DNA of 31,008 nucleotides from a virus (taxonomy: Duplodnaviria; Caudoviricetes), in the IMG/VR virus record IMGVR_UViG_3300020042_007756, positions 1 to 31,008 of that record. One strand, given 5' to 3'. The translations under genes were made by a program, and so were the position numbers. Below are positions 25,678 to 31,008 of the stretch, piece after piece; within the stretch, counting starts at the first letter, position 1; each line of letters begins with the position of its first letter. Below the pieces are notes generated by a model. It ran no database searches. It saw nothing but the letters and a program-made list of their open reading frames with translations, and was not told the origin of the DNA.

Positions 25678-26856
25678 ATGGCTATATTTGACTATTTCAG
25701 CAGAAAACCTGCACCGATACAAGCACCTCGAAGTGAAGATTTAATTCAAAACATTTCAGAGGCCATCAGTTTAAAGAACATCGAACTACCGATGCCTAAA
25801 GAACAGAAAGGATTTGACTGGGTTTTATTCGGACCTAACAATTCTTTTCCTATTGATGTTTTAGAGTATAGAAACTCATCAGCTATTCACGATTCAATTA
25901 TTGAAGGTAAGACTTCTTTAATTGCAGGTAATGGTTTTTTATTTGACACAACAAGAGATTTATCAAATCAGTTTATCGTTGATAACTGGAAACAAATACC
26001 TTTCTGGAGAAAGTTAGATAAAGCATTTTGGATGGTAGCAAGAGACCAAGAAACATTTGGATATTCTTGTTTTGAAGTAATCTATTCTATGGATAGAACT
26101 CGTATAGTTGATATCAATTGGATTGATGCTTCTCGTATTGCTTCAGGTAAAAAAGATGAATTCGACCAAATAAATGAATATTACTATTCTGAGAACTGGA
26201 CTAACACAAGAATGTATCCACCTCGTAAAATAGATAAGTATGATCCTAATGGTGAAGCACTAAGACAATTGATGTTTATCAAGTATGATGATAACAATAT
26301 GGATTACTATGCTTTGCCTAACTACTACTCAGCTTTGAGATGGATTAAAGCTGATGCACTTATGGCTGAATATAACTTGGCAGCAATCAACAATGGTTTC
26401 TCACCTTCTATTATATTTAAGTTCTTTAAGAAACCTTCACCTGAAGAGCGTAGAATGAACTCAGAAGCAATTAAACAACAACACGGTGGTGCAAAGAACG
26501 CTGGTAAAGCAATTATCTTTTATGCTGATGGTAAAGAGTTAGCACCAGAGGTTCAAACTTTAGATGCTACAAACATAGATGCAAGACTTTTACAAGTCTC
26601 AGAACAAATAACACAACAGATTATAACTGCACATAGATGTCACCCTCAATTATTAGGAATTCAAGTTCCTGGTAAGTTAGGATATTCAACAGAGTTATTA
26701 CAATCGTGGGAGATTTTCAATAATATGGTTATCAGACCAGAAAGAAAACTTATCTTAGATGCCTTTAAAGAAGTCTTAGTGTATAACGGTGTAGCAAGAG
26801 TATCAATTGAAGAACTCACACCGATAAAAATAGTTGAAGAGACACCACCTCAATAA
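25678..26856 (+). CDS. Portal protein
   Basis: FGPNNSFP, SAIHDSII, YYALPNY, INNGFSPS, GAKNAGK and IITAHR..PQLLGI motifs. Confidence 0.85.
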   Translation: MAIFDYFSRKPAPIQAPRSEDLIQNISEAISLKNIELPMPKEQKGFDWVLFGPNNSFPIDVLEYRNSSAIHDSIIEGKTSLIAGNGFLFDTTRDLSNQFIVDNWKQIPFWRKLDKAFWMVARDQETFGYSCFEVIYSMDRTRIVDINWIDASRIASGKKDEFDQINEYYYSENWTNTRMYPPRKIDKYDPNGEALRQLMFIKYDDNNMDYYALPNYYSALRWIKADALMAEYNLAAINNGFSPSIIFKFFKKPSPEERRMNSEAIKQQHGGAKNAGKAIIFYADGKELAPEVQTLDATNIDARLLQVSEQITQQIITAHRCHPQLLGIQVPGKLGYSTELLQSWEIFNNMVIRPERKLILDAFKEVLVYNGVARVSIEELTPIKIVEETPPQ

Positions 26857-26871
26857 AATAAAAACTAATCG

Positions 26872-27453
26872 ATGGCAGCAACTTTCTCATATCTTTTTAT
26901 AGACGACCAATATCTTAAGACTTATACACCATTAGGTAAGTCAATTGATGTAGACCAGATTTATCCTTTTGTTCAGGAGGCACAGGATATTTATATTCAA
27001 GACCTTTTAGGAACACCACTTTACAATTACTTAGAGTATCAATTGTTCATTGGAACTACTTTCTCAACTCCTTACTTTATATCACAAGAGATTGACTTAA
27101 TCAATATGTGTTCAAAGGCTTTAGCTTACTGGACTATTTATTTAGCACTACCACATTTAGCAATTCAAATAAGAAACATAGGTGTCGCACGAGCTACTTC
27201 TGAAAACACAGCTGTATCTACAGTTCAGGAGTTAAAGTATATTAGAGAAGAGATGCAAAACTTAGGTGAGTTTTATAATCAAAGAGTCGTAAATTACTTA
27301 TGTGAATATTCTGAGTTCTTTCCGCTTTACAATGCTGCTTCAAAAGATATGTATCCTACTAATTACCAATATGATTCTGATATCTATATTGAAGACAGAT
27401 ACAGAGATTTAACAATGGATGAACTTAAGTTCTTAAAAAAATATCTTTCATAA
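26872..27453 (+). CDS. Putative head-tail adaptor
   Basis: AQDIYIQDLLGTPLY and YLC....FPLY motifs; follows the portal. Confidence 0.6.
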   Translation: MAATFSYLFIDDQYLKTYTPLGKSIDVDQIYPFVQEAQDIYIQDLLGTPLYNYLEYQLFIGTTFSTPYFISQEIDLINMCSKALAYWTIYLALPHLAIQIRNIGVARATSENTAVSTVQELKYIREEMQNLGEFYNQRVVNYLCEYSEFFPLYNAASKDMYPTNYQYDSDIYIEDRYRDLTMDELKFLKKYLS

Positions 27454-27707
27454 TGATGCAGGAAATATTGATGTTATTAGGTGGTTTAATCTTTTCTGTT
27501 TTAGGTTTTTTTCTAAAGAGAACAATGGATGAGTTAAAAGATGTTAAACAAATGTCTTATGATAATAAAACACAAATTGACTTACTTAAATTAGACTACA
27601 AGAATAAAGTAGACAACTTAACAGAAAAGTTTGATGAGTTAAAACTTACGATGTCTGAGTTGATAAAAGAAATAAAAGAACTCAACAGGCGTATACATGG
27701 CAATTAA
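27453..27707 (+). CDS. Single-TM coiled-coil protein, holin-like
   Basis: N-terminal hydrophobic helix followed by a coiled coil, 84 aa. Confidence 0.45.
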   Translation: MMQEILMLLGGLIFSVLGFFLKRTMDELKDVKQMSYDNKTQIDLLKLDYKNKVDNLTEKFDELKLTMSELIKEIKELNRRIHGN

Positions 27708-28272
27708 TCTACTAACACGAAATTATCCTTATAACGGAGTCAGAGCTGTAATAAATGCATCTCAGTCTGGTGTTGCTTATACTTACTTTGTTGAAGGCGG
27801 TGGTGAAAGATATTATGTAAATAGAATCGCATCTACTGCATCTGTTATGGAGTCAGCTTCATTTCAATCTTTTATGAGTTTTACAATGTCTGGTTTTGCT
27901 ACCTACTCTGTAGACCTTATACCGATGGAATCAGGTGAGACCGCTATGATTGATACTCATGTTGTTGCCTTAAACACTAATGGTTCAAAAGGTTATGTTG
28001 GTCGTTTCTTTGGTGGATTCAGACACTCTGGTTCTTCTTTGACTGCTATTGGTGGTTCAATTGATAGTAATGTTAAGACAGACTTTTCAACAGTTGTAGT
28101 TAGTTTTACACAATCAGGAACTCAATCAGTTCAAATGAGATTAGTAGGTCAAACAGCAGAAACATTAGATTGGGATATTCATGTTGCTTACACTAAAGGT
28201 TTTCATAGTATCTCACTTACTCAAAGTTCAACACCACCTATTTATCCTAAACCAAATAATCCAACAAGTTGA
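27697..28272 (+). CDS. Hypothetical structural protein
   Basis: Beta-rich; C-terminus resembles that of 17928..19091. Confidence 0.55.
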   Translation: MAINLLTRNYPYNGVRAVINASQSGVAYTYFVEGGGERYYVNRIASTASVMESASFQSFMSFTMSGFATYSVDLIPMESGETAMIDTHVVALNTNGSKGYVGRFFGGFRHSGSSLTAIGGSIDSNVKTDFSTVVVSFTQSGTQSVQMRLVGQTAETLDWDIHVAYTKGFHSISLTQSSTPPIYPKPNNPTS

Positions 28273-28273
28273 T

Positions 28274-30303
28274 ATGAGCAATAGTTATTACATAAAACAA
28301 GCGGATGGAACTTATAGAAAAGTTACTTTGACAGAGAAACAATCTTTAGGTCGATTATATTTAGGCACTGATAAACCAATTGTTGGTGTTACAGGCTCAA
28401 AAGGAGACACTGGAGAACGCGGAATTGATGGATTCAATGGTCAAGATGGCAGAGATGGTAAAAGTGGTTTAGATGGTAAAAGTGGTTTAGATGGTCAAGA
28501 TGGTAAATCAGGAATTCACGGACTTGATGGTTATACACCACTTAAAGGTGTTGATTATTTTGATGGTCAACATGGTAAACACGGTATCAATGGTTTAGAT
28601 GGATACACACCTATTAAAAATATAGACTACTTTGATGGTTTTCAAGGAGCAACAGGTTCTGAAGGTCAAGTAGGACCACAAGGACCTAAAGGTGATAAAG
28701 GTGATACAGGACTTCAAGGTTTATTAGGACCAATCGGATTAATCGGGCCTCAAGGTATACAAGGTTTAAGAGGTGAAGTAGGAGCTACAGGCGCCACAGG
28801 TGCTCAAGGTCTTAAAGGCCAAAAAGGTGATAGAGGATTCTCAGGACCTATGGGACCTCCTGGACCTGCTGGAACTTCTGGTGGTGGAGGAACTGGTTCA
28901 GGAGTGTCTGGCACTTCAGGAACTTCAGGTCAAAATGGTTCATCAGGAGTTAGTGGCTCTTCAGGTTCATCAGGTTCATCAGGAGTTAGTGGTTCATCAG
29001 AAGTTCAGGTGTTGATGGTGCAAATGGTAGTTCAGGACTTAGTGGTTCATCAGGAAGTTCAGGTGTTGATGGTGCAAATGGTAGTTCAGGACTTAGTGGT
29101 TCATCAGGAAGTTCAGGTGTGAATGGTAATGATGGTTCATCAGGTGAGAACGGTTCTTCTGGTTCATCAGGCCAAAGTGGTTCATCAGGTGTTAATGGTT
29201 CAAGTGGAAGTTCAGGAAGTTCAGGTTTAAATGGTTCAAGCGGAACATCGGGCTCGTCAGGCTCAACTGGAACAAGTGGTTCAAGTGGTATTGATGGTTT
29301 AAGTTCTAATATATTTTTATATGAAGCCGAGACATCAATTATTACAGGCAATCCTGGTTCAGGTCATATTCTATGGAATAACGCAACTCAAATATCAGCA
29401 ACTCAAATAAATATAAATCATCTTACAGATGCTCCGATTATAGATATAGATATATTTTTAGCACTCTTACATATAGGACAGAGGATTACAATACAAGATA
29501 GAAGCAATAGTGGTAATTATCAAATATGGGTTATTACATCAACTCCAACTTTAATTGCTGGAGCGAGTAATTATTGGGAAGTGCCTGTGTCTTTAATCTC
29601 ATCAGCGGGAACAGGAACAACAAACTTTTCAAATAATCACGAATTGTTTTTATCATTAATATCTCAATCTGGAACAAATGGTTCATCGGGAACATCAGGT
29701 TTAAATGGTTCATCGGGAACATCAGGTCAAAACGGTTCAAGTGGTTCGTCAGGTCAAAACGGTTCAAGTGGTTCTTCAGGTTTATCTGGTTCAAGTGGTA
29801 GTTCAGGTTCATCTGGTTCAAGTGGTAGTTCAGGTTCATCTGGCTCAGCAGGAACTTCAGGTTCAACTGGAACGGATGGATTAAATGGTTCATCTGGACA
29901 AAGTGGTTCATCTGGAACCAGTGGTGTTACACAAACACAAACATTTGAACAAACATTATCCTATGGTAATAGCTCTGGAACCTATTCAGCTATTGTAAAT
30001 ATGTATGAGACAACAGTATCTACTGCATCAATATCCGGCTTTTACACAGCATCTTTGTCATTATCAAATATTTATGCATATACACTAACCAGTAACACAA
30101 CTTTTAGTTATACTGCACCTAAAAACACTATATACAATTTTGCTATCAAAGCTGGTTCTTTTGTGTTTACATTAAGTTCAGCCTCAAATTGGCAAACTGT
30201 TGGTGCAACTGCATTAGGGTTTACAGGATCATTTATAATGAGTTGTTTGTATGATGGAACTGATATGTGGGTTTCAACAATAAAAAATTATCAATCTTAT
30301 TAA
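28274..30303 (+). CDS. Collagen-like/GSS-repeat fibre protein, interrupted by a 1-nt deletion at ~29000 (true frameshift or sequence error)
   Basis: Likely start MSNSYY at 28274; G-X-Y repeats and DGYTP.K..DYFDG twice; the frame changes where a 54-nt repeat unit lacks one G; ends YDGTDMWVSTIKNYQSY. Confidence 0.75.
28986..29120 (+). repeat. 54-nt tandem repeat (about 2.5 copies; first copy 53 nt)
   Basis: TTAGTGGTTCATCAG(G)AAGTTCAGGTGTTGATGGTGCAAATGGTAGTTCAGGAC starting at 28986, 29039 and 29093. Confidence 0.9.
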
Positions 30304-31008
30304 TGTTTTCAGCAGTAGCATTTTGGCAAACAATAGAAGCACCAGTAACACCAGGTCTTACTTATGGTAGATGGGTTGGTGTTAGAAAAACTGGCACAAA
30401 TTTAAGAGCGGCATGGTCTAATGATGGTATAACTTGGGCCACAGCCACGACTCCAAATTCATCAAACTATGTAAGTGTTGATTTTTCACCTGACCTTGGA
30501 CTTTATGTAGGTGTGGCTGAAATTGCATCAACAACAGCGGCTATTATGAGTTCAACAAATGGTGTTACTTGGACCTCAAGAACAAGAACAACTACAAATA
30601 CCACAGTTGGTATTAAATGGTGTTCTTCATTTGGTAAATTTATAGTAAATACTTATCAAAATATATTGACTTCAACTGATGCAACTACTTGGGTTGTAGC
30701 TCATACTTTTTCAGTTGGTTCAACTTGGGGTGGTGAGGCTTATCAACCAATGTATGCTTACACAGCAGACCAAGGTTATTTATGGTCATGCACTTTGGTA
30801 AAGGAATTCGGACAAGGAACATCAAATTTAAAAGTTGTCTGGACTACAAATGGAACCACCTTCACTGAAAATAACACTACAACTGACACATTCTGGTCGG
30901 ATGGTGATGGTAGAGCAATAGCATATAGCACAGAACAAAGTAGATATATGATAGTCGGTCAAACTCTACCATCAAGAATTCTTATTTCTTCAACAATTTC
31001 ATCAGGTT
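30303..31008 (+). CDS. BNR/Asp-box beta-propeller-like protein, 3'-truncated by the window
   Basis: Open from ATG 30303 to the end; WSNDGITW, VDFSPDLG, SSTNGVTW and IAYS motifs; paralogous to 11104..12189. Confidence 0.75.
   Translation, partial: MFSAVAFWQTIEAPVTPGLTYGRWVGVRKTGTNLRAAWSNDGITWATATTPNSSNYVSVDFSPDLGLYVGVAEIASTTAAIMSSTNGVTWTSRTRTTTNTTVGIKWCSSFGKFIVNTYQNILTSTDATTWVVAHTFSVGSTWGGEAYQPMYAYTADQGYLWSCTLVKEFGQGTSNLKVVWTTNGTTFTENNTTTDTFWSDGDGRAIAYSTEQSRYMIVGQTLPSRILISSTISSG

Noticed and set aside
9260-31008. Diversity-generating retroelement (template/variable repeat pair) between the two fibre C-termini
   Set aside because: No reverse transcriptase in the window, and differences are not confined to adenines; ordinary paralogy
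1-31008. Stop-codon reassignment, or direct circular closure of the window ends
   Set aside because: Core genes are intact under the standard code. The ends share no overlap, and a direct join does not keep the two partial ORFs in frame

Overview
AT-rich tailed-phage (siphovirus-like) DNA, probably most of a small genome. A Bacteroidota host is suggested by TAnnTTTG promoters and the scarcity of Shine-Dalgarno sites. Positions 424-5750 hold mostly minus-strand accessory and regulatory genes, including a sigma-factor-like protein. Positions 5823-31008 hold a plus-strand morphogenesis region in non-lambdoid order: TerS, TerL, tail chaperone, tail completion, fibre cassette 1, tail tip, tape measure, prohead protease/scaffold, major capsid, tail tube, portal, adaptor, holin-like protein, fibre cassette 2. 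I recognise no replication gene, integrase or endolysin. Main unexplained signals: (1) a ~430-nt ORF-free, highly base-paired element at ~4483-4912 that looks like a large structured ncRNA; (2) a bipartite motif A(A/T)AAACA-N16-A(C/T)ATA(T/A) at nine sites plus weaker variants, five placing the ATG exactly 5 nt after the second box, which suggests a phage-sigma regulon with leaderless mRNAs; (3) host-type and phage-type promoters overlapping back to back; (4) an unannotated -1 frameshift tail chaperone; (5) two paralogous Gly-Ser-Ser fibre plus propeller cassettes, one split by a single-base deletion. All calls come from reading the sequence by eye; no searches or folding were run.
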